Source: the human T2T-CHM13v2.0 reference genome, Homo sapiens
NCBI RefSeq assembly: GCF_009914755.1
Contig: NC_060926.1
Reading direction: 5' to 3' (one strand)
Length of the DNA: 64,000 nucleotides
Part shown: piece by piece, positions 43,754 to 59,473 of the stretch
Position numbering within the stretch: the stretch's first letter is position 1
Layout of the letters: every line of letters starts with the position of its first letter
Position numbers and translations under genes: made by a program
The notes under the pieces: generated by a model
Seen by the model: the letters and a program-made list of their open reading frames with translations, nothing else
Told to the model about the DNA's origin: nothing
The model's database searches: none

Positions 43754-44133
43754 CTGAGTTCATATTCTTAATCTTTGTATTGTTGAGATTTGGTATACCT
43801 TTTAATGTTATTTAATATATTTTTTCCTGAAAGCTAGATTTCCTGAACTAGGGAGTGGTTTATTTAAGCTTAATAGGAGATTATTTTTCACCATCTAATA
43901 GGCTATAGACTAGACACAAAAGTATAGTGGTATGGTTCACATAAAAGATTAAGACTCTTAGAATTCAGACATAGATAAAATCTGATTAACTAAACATGTC
44001 AGCAATATCTAAGTGCCTGTTTTTTGGAGCATCATAGCTTCTTAGAGGAATGAAAGGTGTATCTTGGATTGTAAATTAGTGTGATCTCTTTGAACCCAGT
44101 GGAAGCTAAAATATGATTGCTCCTGCTCTAGAA

Positions 44134-44336
44134 CAGGGTATTTAACATCAGCACTTTTCGATTGGATAATTATATGTTATGGCATATATCTATGCATTGT
44201 GGTATATTTAGCAACATCCATGGCTTTTACCCACTAGAAGCTGGTAGCACACCTGCACTCCAGTTGCAATAAATCATCTCCAGACATTGTCAAATGTCTC
44301 CTGAAGGGCAAATTCACCCTCAGCTGAGAACCACTG
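44134..44336. mobile_element. MER20 hAT-Charlie DNA transposon
   Basis: tttagcaacatccatggcttttacccactagaagctggtagca...tctccagacattgtcaaatgtctcctg...tgagaaccactg; 8-bp TSD ctctagaa/ctccagac. Confidence 0.88.
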
Positions 44337-44560
44337 CTCCAGACTATGCCTTTTCAGGCTACAGTCATCTATTTGGTTTACCTAGAGGCCACTCCACTGA
44401 GGAAACAGATAGTTCATCAGCTATATATTGTATGCTATTTTATAAATTGTATTTGATTAAAAAGTTGAATATCAAGACTTCCAACTGTCTGTGAACAGAT
44501 TAGTAGAAGACTAATGGGCAGGCTTTGGGCTATGCAAACACTCAGAAATTGTATGTAACA

Positions 44561-44637
44561 CAGTGAACCGAGATCGCGTCACTGCACGCCAACCTGGGTG
44601 ATGGAGCGAGACTCTGTCTCAAAAAAAAAAAAAAAAA
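44561..44637 (+). mobile_element. Extremely 5'-truncated Alu (last ~60 nt plus poly(A))
   Basis: cagtgaaccgagatcgcgtcactgcac...gcgagactctgtctc(A)n; 17-bp TSD agaaattgtatg(t/c)aaca. Confidence 0.93.
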
Positions 44638-44880
44638 GAAATTGTATGCAACATTGAGCATGTATGCAAATATATACCACCCCACCCCTGCCCCCATGCA
44701 GATAATTGACAGTTTTATCAGATTCTCATGGGGTTTTCACACCCACACAAGATTTAGGACCTCTGCTTTGTTGAATAAAAAAATCTAGTAGTGTCTCAGA
44801 AGAAAAAGAGAAAGGCAGAACTTAGGAGAGGGGAAGTGCCAAATTTATAATGACATTTTGCTTCTAAAAAACAGGCTTCA

Positions 44881-45204
44881 CAGGCTTCCAGCTTCATCCA
44901 TGTCCCTGCAAAGGCCATTTTCAGCAAACTAACACAAGAACAGAAAACCAAATACTGCATGTTCTCACTCATAAGTGGGAGTTGAACAATGAGAACACAT
45001 GGACACGGGGTAGGGGGCATAATACACCGGGGCCTGTCGGGAAGTGGGGGGGATGGGGGAGGGATAGCATTTGGAGAAATACGTAATGTAGATGACCGGC
45101 TGATGGGTGCAGCAAACCACCATGGCACATGTATACCTGTGTAACAAACCTGCACGTTCTGCACATGTACCCCAGAACTTAAAGTATAATAATAATAGTA
45201 TTTT
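44881..45204 (+). mobile_element. L1PA (PA7/8-like) 3' end with 5' inversion
   Basis: L1PA 3' UTR to cccagaacttaaagtataat; inverted 32-nt piece at 44883-44914; TSD aaaaacaggcttca. Confidence 0.93.
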
Positions 45205-45466
45205 AAAAACAGGCTTCATGTGCTTTAAACATTATTTTGATGGTTAGTGGACATGAAAGAAGAATTCCTGGTTAAATAACGCCTCACGCGTGAATTCTTA
45301 TTTTCATCTTTGTACAGAGTGATAGTGATAGTCTTCTTATAAGAAGCAGAATATATTAATACAACTTAACCAGTATTTTGTGTAAGATACTGTGCTAGGT
45401 GTTGAAGCGTCTTAGCTAGGTGTCTCTATAATCAAACAGCTTTTTCATTTTCAGGAAAAGATAGTG

Positions 45467-45995
45467 AATTGGTTATTTGCCTGTTTGTCCTCATATTCAC
45501 TTCCCACCTTGTCCCTGCTCTTCTCTGTACTGCAGGGAGCTACATTTCTTAGGCTCTTTTGTCAACTGGTTTTTAGATAGATTTGGCTACCAGGTTGAAT
45601 GCTTCTAGGTGGAATGGAAAGCACTGGAGACCTGGAGGAGCAGAAAAAACCTGTGTGCGATTGGGTGGCAATTTTAGCTGCAGCTGCATCTCCTCTCTTG
45701 CTATAGCTCATGCTAGACAGCGACTTCCCCATGATCCCAGATCCTGCCTGTTAGCCCTAGGCATAGATCTGGCCCGATGGCCCTGGATTCTGGCAATACC
45801 ACTGTCTTTCATTGTCCCACCAGCACCAAGGGTAAGAACAGCTTTCTACTATTGCTAATCTCTTATTTGCCTCATTAAACCTATTTGTTTTGTCATCTCT
45901 TTCATCACATAAATAACATTTCCTCTATTACATTTCTCTCTATTTGAAGTACCTAGAGTGGTTTGGTTTTCCTTAGCAAATACTGAATTATATCA
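45467..45995. mobile_element. LTR33-like ERVL LTR
   Basis: ctgctcttctctgtactgcagggagctacatttct...ccaagggtaagaacagctttctactattgctaatctc...tttgaagtacctagagtggtttggttttcct. Confidence 0.6.
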
Positions 45996-46263
45996 CAGGA
46001 CAGAAAAAGCACATAAATAATTTTCATAAAAGGCAAGTTAAAGGAGGCTCAATGAAAGACAAAGGGCCTTGAGCTTTTAAGGGAGAAGTGAGTATATCTA
46101 GATTTGGTGAGAAGCTTGTTGGAAATGCTTCCGAAAGAGCTAACCTTTGAGATGGTCCTAAAAGCGTGGAGACCATACTGACAGCTAGAGCTGGGGAGTA
46201 TGGGGAAGGAGATGAAAAGCACAATTCCATTCTATGCCGAGGGAACAAAATAAGAAAAGATCT

Positions 46264-46781
<518 letters not shown>

Positions 46782-47496
46782 TCAATGACTGTTTATTGAG
46801 TGGCTAGATTCTGGAATACACAGTAGCAGAAAAAACAGCTAAAAATCTCTCACAGATCTGGTATTTTAGTGGGCTTGTTTAATATCTATGAATAATTTTG
46901 ACCGTCTATAGCTTTGGCTTAAACATAGGATAGGAATGGCATTAGGCAAAGGACGGCAGCCGGGCAGGAAAGGAAGGAGTGCTAGCCATGGAGCATTTAC
47001 CATAGATTTATCCCTCTTTTTGAAACCCACTCTGAAGTAATTACTTGCCCAAACTAGACCACTTTGTCTTAAATTACAGAGGTTGCCTCCTGTAATATTC
47101 AAAGCCTCTTGTGAAAGAAAGGTTCTGACAGGAGTCAGATCAAAGGCAAGACTGAAATAAAACGAAAAGTTGTTCAATCAAAATAAATGCAGCTTTCTTT
47201 AATCAAAAATGTTGGTTGCAATTTCTGTCAAGATAGTAAGTTCCTCTTCTTTCGGTAGGATGGTTAACAACAGTGTCAGCTTCAGCCCAACCCGAAAAAC
47301 AGGCAAAGTTTTTCCTAACACTCCAACTTTCAAGAGGCATGACTTTGCTTGCAGGTTGGTATTTGTCTCCTTGCAGTCTTCAGTGACCCCAAGCTCTAAT
47401 TTATCTCAGAAAAAAAAACCAAAAAACAAAAAACCAGACCTTTCTATATGTCTTGGAATGAAATTGTATGCATCTAGCCTAAGCCATGAGCGCGTC

Positions 47497-47806
47497 TTTT
47501 TTTTTTTTTTTTTTTTTGGAGATGGAGTCTCGCTGGTCACCCAGGCTGGAGTGCAGTGATGTGCAGTGATGTGATCTCGGCTCACTGCAACCTCTGCCTC
47601 CCAGGTTCAAGCAATTCTCTGCCTCAGCCTCCCGAGTAACTGGGACTACAGGCACGCACCACCATGCCTGGCTAATTTTTGTATTTTTAGTAGAGATGGG
47701 GTTTCACCATCTTGGCCAGGCTGGTCTTGAACTCCTGACTTCATGATCCACCCGCCTCGGCCTCCCAAAGGGCTGGGATTACAGGCGTGAGCCACGGCAC
47801 CCGGCC
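47497..47806 (-). mobile_element. AluS (Sg/Sx3-like) with internal 10-bp duplication
   Basis: ccatcttggccaggctggtc; gtgcagtgat duplicated at ~47551-47570. Confidence 0.96.
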
Positions 47807-47904
47807 AGCATCTTATTGAAAATCCTGTAATGGCTGCCTCACTGAATTTTCCATTTCTAATCAACTTCATTCTCTTCCAGTATTTTCCCCTGCTATGTTA
47901 TCTT

Positions 47905-48002
47905 TACATGCATACATATAATATACACCACACACATGTGTGTATTTATGTATTTATGTGTGTGTACACCTGTATGTGTATATATGTGTGTGTGTATATA
48001 TA
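47905..48002. repeat. Degenerate (TG)/(TA) repeat
   Basis: tgtgtgtatttatgtatttatgtgtgtgtacac... Confidence 0.75.
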
Positions 48003-48099
48003 ATAATGTAATATCCCATTTTCCCTTTAATCTCTTCCATAGCTTCCCGGAACATTTTTCTATGTTTCCAGCATCATCCTGTAACCCTCTTCATCTTTC

Positions 48100-48415
48100 A
48101 ACCCTTTCTCTTGACTAACTTGAATCTCAGCTCTTACTTAAGAGTTCTGTCTTCAGAGAAGTCTTTAGGCACAGCGACTTTCCCCAGCCCTTTGCTAGGT
48201 TAGGTCTCCTAGCCCATTGCACTTTCCTATTGCCCCTGTGTGTCTTCATCACTACACAAAACACACTAACAGTTCACTGGTTATTATGTATCATCCCCCA
48301 TTCAACCTTAGACTCTGTGACAGCTATGATTGCATTTGTTTAATGAAATCTATATTTCAAATGTTTAGCAGAGTTCATGGCACATGATACATTCCCAATA
48401 AATCTGTTTAATTAA
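48100..48415 (+). mobile_element. L2 3' end
   Basis: tcttcagagaagtcttt...ttagcagagttcatggcacatgatacattcccaataaatctgtt. Confidence 0.65.
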
Positions 48416-51400
48416 TAATTACTAGTTATTCATGAAAAATTGCATTATGTTTTTGGAATGGGGTTATGGGCTTCTTCCCCATATCTTGGAGATTTCATAC
48501 ATTGAGAGGTCTCCTACCAAGTTATAAAATGAATTCAGGGAATAAAGATGAGAGCTGCAAACCATTAGCTGAGAATCTGGTGTCTCTGAGTATTTTTTAA
48601 AGCTGGTTTAGTATTCCAAGTTTTCCAAGAAGATCATGCACTATTTTGAAAAGTGAATGTGTTTCAAATTGCAAATAGATTATATCCTTTAAACTAAAGA
48701 CTAATGGGTTTTTCTGTATTTTTTTTCTTTAAATGGCTGCATACAGGCCAAATGAAGGATATTGTTTGATTATCAAGCTGTAATCTCAGCAGGTGGTGGT
48801 TAGCAGGAAACTTCTGCTATATTATCACAATCTAAACTAGTGCAGCTGTACAAAAAGGGCATTCAGGGTCAAAATTTCTTCTACATCCTCTAACGCATTT
48901 GGAATTATCAGCAGAGGCAATGTAACAACAGTAAGTCTTGTCCTTACAACTCAGCATTCTTATGTCCTTCTTTCTCTAAGGAAGACTAAATTTTACTTCT
49001 TCTCACCAAAAGCAGGGCAGATGTTTTAATAAACCAATAGTAAAATGAGATGATAGTAAAATTTCTTCTTTGAATCACAGAGCATCCAGGTACTGGAATC
49101 AGAACAAAATATTCCAGAATGGGAGTCACTGTTATATAAATGGAACCAAAATGTAATATTAATAATTCCCCCTTTCTGTCCCCTTTCGGGGACAGAGCTG
49201 GCCACTCAGTCATGGTGCTCAAAATTGTTTGAGTCTCCTACTTTCACATATTCTAAGGTGCTGTCCAACCACAGAGAGACTTTATCCTCTTCAAGACACA
49301 CATAAATAAAGACATTTTTCTGAGTAGTGAAATCTTACACAGAGGAAATTTACAGGTTGAATGTGGTCAGAGGTAGAGGTTGGGAATAGAACCCCAGGAA
49401 TCTCTTTGGTTTTAATGACAGATAGCACTCTTCCCTTCCCTCTAAGGAAATCAGCCTTGGGAAAAATCAAACAAGAAGGCTAGTGTGGCATCTCACTGTG
49501 GCTTTTAGAAGGATCCTCTTAAGTGGCATTTACAAAAGTGGCATTCATTTAAATGTTACATCCTCAAGTGAACAGATCTGCTAAAGAGGCATTCACTGAT
49601 TTAGTAGTGAATGGAATCTTTGGACTTTGGTCAAAGGTACTGAAGTTTGAACTGATTGGAACAATCCCAGCTGATCAGAATCAAACTGTGTTATTCGTGA
49701 TTTTCTGTAGTTCTCACGGAGGGAAGTTCACACTAAAAATAGTTTAGAAGTTGAATTTCACAGCCATTATTGTTTTAATTATGGGTCAGCTGTCTGTCCC
49801 TTCAGTCTTTTGGAAATTCAGATAAAAGGAATAGAAAAATGGCACATTGAAAATATTTGACCTAAAAGTGGTCAAATTTAAAAAGCTTTCAATTGTAAGA
49901 CTTAGTAAATTTATTCTTTTATTTCCTCATATTTCCTAAAGTGACTCAAATGTTCAACTAAAAATATTGCAATGTATTGAACTTTAGACCAAAAATTGAT
50001 TTTTTTCATTCTTTGTTCCCAATTCTGATACATTTTTAATACCAGGATTTCTTTTTCCTCCTCACAGTAGCTTTACATCTTTAAGTTACTTTATTTTAAT
50101 TTTGGTGCTAAGAAAACTTACTCTAAAGACATAATGAGATAAATCCTAAGGATGGGATTTGATCTCATCATAATAATATTACCATGAGAGTGAAAGTGAA
50201 GTACAACTGTAACTAATTGTATTACTTTTCACTTTTCTGCATGATTTAAAATGCATGTTTTAAAGAATGAGGTAATGTATATGTATAACAGTGTCTGGCA
50301 AGCTTAAAAATATAACTGCTGTGATGAAAAATATAGCTATTATGATTATTAAGCTTTATGATTTTTTCTTTTGTAATACATATTGGTTTATAATATATTC
50401 ATTTAAATGTTCATTTTAATGTTATATATGTAATATACTAAATTTGAGTATTCCTTTAGCATACATATGTATATTAGCATGTGTAATTTGCTCAGCTTTG
50501 AGAACTGACTTCAAAATAAGGGGGGTGGGGGTAGATATTCTGATTTTAACATTGCCAAACAAAAATTTTGTTTTAAGAATCCTTTATGCAATTTCATGAA
50601 ATTCTCCTCAAGCCTGGAGAAGCACTTTATGGATTTATTGAGCAACAGCACAAACTAAATAGTAATGAGCTCATTTTCCTAGAATGGAACTTATAATTCC
50701 AGCTGTTGAAAACTTGCACAGCTGGATACTGGCTACAATACAGAGCTCTCATCTTCTGTTGAAAAAACAGTGCAATTTAAACTTGTAACAAAAGCCTCTT
50801 TCTATAACTTTTAAGAAACTATTTTCCACTGAAATTCATGTGTAAAACTTAAATACAAAGCTAAAACATGACTAACCTTTGATTTCATACATTTGTACCC
50901 ATTTAGTTTTTTAAAAAAAATTAAGGTAAAAACAGCTTGACAACACAGCTTATTCTGGTTAGAATATAGGGCTCTCCAGAAGGAACTAATATTTCAAGGC
51001 CAAATTCTAGAGTATGGCAAATTGGAGAAAATTGTCACAGATTCTGCACAAGACAGTTGGGGGAGGGGGCTTTGGCTGCTGCTTCAAGGACAAGGGGATA
51101 TGGGATGCTCAGAAAACTTGAGGCAGGGAAAAGAAGTTACTGTGATCCCCAACTAAAGAAAGATTTGGGGGCTTTTATTCATTTATTCATTCACTCAATA
51201 GTATGAGGCATATCTTTGCAATTAGAGTTGAGAGCCGGCACACAGCTCTTATTTATTCATTTAATCATTCATTCACTCACTTTTTTTTTTATCCAACAGT
51301 TACTAAGAAACCACTAGTTCAAGGTACATCTCATGTCTTGCCTTCACACTGACTTCTGTGTTTCATCACAGCCTTCTCCACTGTCAATGAGAATTGCTCA

Positions 51401-51431
51401 CTCTTAAGGATGGCTTAAGGCCATTCTTGCC

Positions 51432-52660
<1,229 letters not shown>

Positions 52661-54067
52661 ATTCATAGTCAGAAGATGAGTATGAATAGTATTCATGAAA
52701 GAAGAAAGACTTAAACTAGGAGTTGAAGAAAGAGGAGACATTGGGTAAGAGGGAGGAAAGAGGGCTTTCCAGACTGGGTGACACTTGAAAGAGGTGGGAA
52801 TGCAGCTCCTGAAGACAGAGCTCCTTCTGATTTGTTGAGGTGAGTTGGAGAATACAAACTAGAGAAATGAGAAAATAAGAATAGAGAAATAGCATGGATG
52901 AAGTTTAATTACAGAAGTTAGACAGAAGTATGAGTCAGAGGTTGGAACTGACCAGGGTTCTATATAATGTTATAAGAATTAGATGAAGTGGTGTATATAT
53001 AAACTCCCTAGCACAGTATTGGGCATTGATAAAATTCCCAGATTGATAAGAATCTCTCAATTTGCAGGGGTTGTAATAAGCAATAAAGACTTATTACAAG
53101 TTTGTGATCAAGGAAACCACTTAATGAAACTGAAGTTCTCCAGCTGGAGCAGAGAGAAAATGTCTGTTCCAAAGCAACCAAACCCAAACCCAAGGCATAT
53201 TTATGGATTTGATGATATTAGTTCTGAGATGTACCTTTTCCAAATGTATCTTGCTCTAGTTTTAAATTAATACACTTTTGGGGGCAGTCCTGTGGTTTTT
53301 CTTCTTTCTGAGATGGTTTTGAGTTTGCAAACACATCGTGTAAATGATGATATTGAACACTATTTATAATTTCTTCAAAACATATTCATGACCCAATATA
53401 GTGAGTTTAGCTCTGCCATATGCTCTTTTACTACAAACGAGAATAGATTAGTCCAAACTTACACCTTGTGACAGAAGAGTAAAGATGCGTATTTAACACC
53501 AAACTATTGCATTGTAAATGTCTCTAAGATTTAAATATAAGAAGTGGTAATATCCCTTCATTGGTAAAATCTTAACTATAAAGAACTCAAGTCATGGCAA
53601 ATGGCATGTCTTAATGGATTAAAGAACATTTTCCGTGAACCATGTAGCATGCAGGAAGTATAATACAAGTGTTGGCGGTGTGTCTGAAATGTCTACATTA
53701 CATTAGAGTCCCACTACAGCCTTCAGACTTCAGAGACTTGTAAATCCCCAGTATGCGACTTTCATTTTTTTAAAGAAGCTGACTTTATAGTTCTCTTGAG
53801 TACTGTGATTTCTGCATTACAAAGAGTGACCTACCAAGTAGAATAAGGATCTTTTAAGAAAGTTTAGTGGGGTGGGTGAATGATTTCTGAGAGTTGCAAA
53901 AATAAAACTTGCTCTCCTTAAGAGAATGCTGGCACTTTTGAATTCAATAATGATTTTGGCAGCTAAAAAGGCAAAGGTGATGAATGCAGAGTGATAGCTC
54001 AAGTTCATAGATATATTTTTTGAGGGAAAGGAGAGGATGGAAATCTAAAGAAATGAGACAGGCCAGA

Positions 54068-54435
<368 letters not shown>

Positions 54436-55001
54436 TCATTTATAATCTGTCTTCTATGTGTTGGACTATTGGTCATGCATGCAGCATCCTTTTACTGACT
54501 CAACCATTATACAAACAATGCAGAAGGAGTGACTACATAATTTCCAGGCCTGATATAACATAAAAATGCATCATAAGTAAGTAAAAATGTTCATAAAGAA
54601 GAAATTCAAAACACTGACAATAGAGTATTGAACCAATCATGGGGTCCTTCTAAGCATGAAGCCTTATACAATTACACAGGTTACATCATGCCCAGGAAGC
54701 TGGCCCTGATCTGCAGTCAAACAGCAGTAATAGAAAGGCCAGACTTACCATTTCACACACTACCTGCCAAAGTAGTTTCATTCAGTATTCAGAACTAATA
54801 TTCAGTAGTTTAATTAAGCTATAACATACTACTTAACCAACATCACTCCTGAATTCTTAAATTTCATTTTAATTTCTCCCAGCCAATAAAAACTACTTTT
54901 TTCCTAATTATAAGAATTAATTAAATCATATTTGGGAAAAGGTGTATTATTTTGTTCTTTATTCCTTTTGTGCACAGGAGGACTCCCACAAATGTTTTGG
55001 A

Positions 55002-55322
55002 TTTATTTATTTATTTATTATTTATTTATTTTTTTTTTTTTGAGATGGAGTCTCACTCTGTCACCCAGGCTGGAATGCAATGGCAGGATCTTGGCTCACT
55101 GCAACCTCCGCCTCCTGGGTTCGAGTGATTCTCCAACCTCAGCCTCCTGAGTAGCTGGAATTACAGGCACCCGCCATCGTGCCTGGCTAATTTTTGTAGT
55201 TTTAGTGGAGATGGGTTTTCACTATGTTGGCCAGGCCGGTCTTTAACTCCTGACCTCAGGTGATCCTCCCACCTCAGTCTCCCAAAGTGCTGAGATTACA
55301 GGCATGAGCCAACGCACCCAGC
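55002..55322 (-). mobile_element. AluS (Sx/Sz-like) inserted in an L2 3' end
   Basis: (TTTA)n tail; TSD tgttttggatttatt; L2-like sequence continues 55330-55412. Confidence 0.95.
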
Positions 55323-55850
55323 TGTTTTGGATTTATTGAGTACTGTTCTGGATGCCGGTGATACAGCAGTAAACAAAATAATGCCTTTGCTCATATGGAG
55401 TTTATATTCTAAAGTGCTGCTTTATACTTCAGCAGTCCTCACTAAGAATTTTTTTAAAAGTATGTATCTGGAAGAGCTGGTCCTTAAAATAACTGCACTT
55501 TTAGTTTCAATGAGCTTAATTTTGGTTGGGCAAAAATAAAAACAATTTTTTTTGGAGAAAATGTGATAATTTAAGGCAATTTGACTTAGTAAGTACTCTG
55601 ATTAATTTATATCATTTGATGAGTTTAATTATCAGAAAAGCAGGAAATTGTTAATTAGAAAATGCATGAGAACCAGGAAAATTTATTATCACTTTCATTT
55701 AAATGTGTCAAAATTTCCTGTACTTTTCTTCTCATGAGCTACATCCAAAAGTTGGTTAAGTTTCCCAAAGTCTTTCATGATGTCCTTCTTCCTTAGTGAC
55801 CATATACAAAGTAAGAAGAATCAGATAACAAAAGGCTAAATATATGATAC

Positions 55851-56142
55851 TTTTTTTTCTTTTTGAGACTGAGTATCGCTCTTGTTGCCCAGGCTGGAGT
55901 GCAATGGCGTGATCTCAGCTCACCACGACCTCCGCCTTCTGGGTTCAAGTGATTCTCCTGCATCAGCTTCCTGAGTAGCTGGGATTACAGGCACGCGCCA
56001 CCATGCCCGGCTAATTTTGTATTTTTTGTAGAGATGGGGTTTCTCCATGTTGGTCAGGCTGGTCTTGAACTTCTGACCTCAGGTGATCTGCCCACATTGG
56101 CCTCCCAAACTGCTGGAATTACAGGCGTGAGCCACTGCACCC
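55851..56142 (-). mobile_element. AluSp-like
   Basis: ggggtttctccatgttggtcaggctgg; cgctcttgttgcccaggc. Confidence 0.95.
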
Positions 56143-57913
56143 AATACTTCTTTTTATGACAATTTCACATTTTTCTCCTCTTTTCTCTCTTCTCTTTTCA
56201 TTGTTTCTTCCTTTCGATAGAAATTTGCCTCATAGTTTTGTTTGTTACTTGATTTGGGAGTATGTCCACTGATAAATTTATGTTCAGGATGCTCATTATG
56301 CACATAGTACATTCTCATGAATCCCAGTGGCTTTGTATTTGATTACAGAGAAAGGCTCTTTGGGGGTTGACTGGGATTTCTTTTCCTGTCAAATGTCCTC
56401 TGCTTCTTGCCGTCCTATTGATTTCAGCTAGCAGAAAAGTACTGAATCTGTCAAACTAATAATTTTTTTCAGATGCTCATTCTGCATTTAAATTTTACTT
56501 CCTTAGAAGTGTTGCATGTTTTTTCTCACATCAAACTGTATATTCTGTGTTGCTAAAAAGAAGAACGAATGTTACATGAATGTTGAGAATTGGCAGAAAT
56601 GTTACAATTTTATTTTTGACTTCTAAAAGTGGTTTGTAGTCTTGAGGTCTGTAAAAGCCACATAAATACCTGTCTGGCTATTTATATGTTTATTTCCATA
56701 AATAATACATTCTTATAATTTGGAGCAATTCTTATCAGGAGATAAAACAACTTTATTTCTATAGCATTTTACTTCCACATTGACCTAGTGGCTTATGGCC
56801 ACCGTGTTTCCTGCAAGCTTGGCCCAGGAATTCATTTTTAATAAAGAATCTATTTAACTTTCAGTGAACAAACTACAAATCATCCCCAAAAAGCCTGCTG
56901 ACCACAGTCTGAAAATATGAAATGTTCTTTGGAGGGTTTTGGGTGTGGATTGAGGGACACATTTTCGTAATATTCAGGGTGTCATCATCAAGTAATGTTT
57001 ACAAACCCCAGCACTCTGGGGATGTGTGCAGGCTTTAGCTAGCAGATGTTAGCAGTCAAGGAAAAAATTATGACTGCTGCCTGAAAGTATTCCTTCTTGC
57101 CTATCAGTTACATACAAGATTGTCAAGATCTCTTCTTATTGATGTGGGTAATGTGCCTGGTTATAGGACAGTTCATCCAAAAACATTTGAAAATTGTAGA
57201 AACAAATCCTCTATAAATGGTCATCTAAAAACCTCTTGTCCGTTTTAAATGAGTGTGTTGTTTTACTTAAAACAAAATGGAAAAAAAGCCTAGCTGTGGA
57301 CACTCTAACAATACTATTTAAAATGATTATCTTAAACTTGGTTTCAAATATTGTTAAAAAAAAAACCCAGACTCTCCATCCTGCCTCTCTGTTTCTTTGA
57401 ATACACTAGCGTTTTTCTTGAAAACATTAATTGTATCACATAGCAACTCCAAAACATATAAATTTAAAATTCTCAGAACTTACAAATCCTTATAGTAGAA
57501 GGAGAATAAATGAGGTGAGTGTGTTGCCTTGATGTATGGATTTTTACAGAGCAAGTCTTCACTCTCTGGATAAAGTATGAGGATTTTTGAGGCAAATTGA
57601 GACAGTTTTTCAGTAGGATTAGTTAGAGCTATTGAATGAATTTTAAGTGGCAAACAAAATTTTAAAAATAGCTTTAGTGATATTGCTTGTGAACAGTCTT
57701 AACAGAAGGTCAAATTTAATAAAATTAAGTGGAAACCAATGGATACTTTTATTTCTGAAAGAATTGTGTTGTGAAGAGTAATTTTGATTGAATCTTAATT
57801 TATTTTCCTAGGCCCTTATTTATGTATGAGACGATCCCATGACTAGCATAACTCAGTGATAGTTCTGAGGTTTTTGAATTAGGATCATTCTATGCTGAAA
57901 AATCGCTATTGCT

Positions 57914-58209
57914 GGCCGGACACGGTTGCTCACACCTGTAATCCCAGCACTTTGGGAGACCAAGGCGGGAGGATCACCTGAGGCTGGGAGTTCAAGACCA
58001 GCCTGGCCAACATGGTGAAACCCTATCTCTACTAAAAATACAAAAATTAGCCAGGCATGGTGGTGCACTCCTATAATCCCAGATACTTGGCAGGATGAGG
58101 CACAAGAATTGTTTGAACCCAGAAGGCAGAGTTTGAGGTGAGCTGAGATTGCACCGCTGCACTCTAGCCTGGGCAACAGAGCGAGACTCCATCTAAAAAA
58201 AAAAAAAAA
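57914..58209 (+). mobile_element. AluS (Sx-like)
   Basis: Full Alu; TSD aaaaatc(g/a)ctattgct. Confidence 0.96.
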
Positions 58210-59473
58210 TCACTATTGCTTTTAGTAGTAAGGTTTGTATGGATGGAGCAATTATTTAGCATGAGAATGGTTATGGCCTCTTGTTTTATTTCATTTCGTT
58301 TTGTTTTCATACTTCCTACCTTAAAAGAAATTGTGAATCTTTAGCAACTGAAACAGAAAAGGAAGTTTGAGAAGAGAGAAATAAAATTCAAATTAGTCAG
58401 ATATACCATTGGAACAGAATAGAAAATCTAGAAATATACCTGATTACATATGGAAATTTAGTATTTGATAGTATTTCATATATAAGACTAAATGACGAAA
58501 GTAGCTTTTCAAATAAATGGGAAAAAGAACAAAATTTTTAAGGATTACTGAATAACTGAATCTAAAAGATAAAATTGGGCTCATTCTTCACATCATACAT
58601 AAGGATAAATTCCAAATAAATTAGCAATCTAAAAGTAAAAAATGAATTCCTACAAATCTCAGAAGACTTGGATGAATCCTTTAGTAACTTTTTATAATGA
58701 TGACTTAAAAACACATTATAAATTATTGGTAAATTTGACTGCATTAAAAAATTTTGGCTAAAAATACCTCTGGTAAAGTAAGAAAACAAATGACAAATTG
58801 TAAAAATAATGTTTGCAACTTCTATCAGACCAAGGTTTAATACCCTTGACATATTAATAACACTTAAGTTTCAAAGTTTCAAACTACTTGATTGAAAGTG
58901 AGTAAAATATATGAGCAGGCCCTTCACAGATAAAGAAATGAAAATGACCCCAAAACATATAAAGGGTGGTCAACTTTGTTCATGGTAAGAGAAATACAAA
59001 TAAAAATACACTGATATATCATTTCTCACATAAGGGATTGAGCAAAAAGTCAAAAGTTTGACAAAATATTCCATTGATGGCTATAGGAAAAAAGACACTC
59101 CCATACATTGCTGGGGAGAATGCAAAATGGCACAAACCTTATTGATAGAAGTTTAATAATAACTAGAAAAATTACATTTTTTCTACGCTTTGATCCATCA
59201 TTCTTATTTCTAGGAAAGTATCCCAAAGATATACTGCAAAAATATGAAATGAAGTATGGACAAGGAGGAGCATTTGTAAGAGCAAAAGCCTAGAAGTAAT
59301 CCAAACGTCCAGTCAGTAGGGTACTAGTTGAATAAACAGTTGCACATTTATAAAATAGAGTCCTTTGCAGATGTAAAAAAGAATGAGAAAGATCTCTATA
59401 CGCTGCCATAGATCATTTTCCGGGATGTTTAAGTTAAGAAAGCAAGGTGCAGACAAATGCATAGAGTTCTACC

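Noticed and set aside
49175-49196. Perfect 9-bp hairpin tctgtcccc-tttc-ggggacaga resembling a terminator
   Set aside because: About one such stem is expected by chance in 64 kb, and intrinsic terminators are irrelevant in primate DNA
51170-51300. Two (TTCA/ATTT)-rich tracts
   Set aside because: L2 tail remnants or low-complexity sequence
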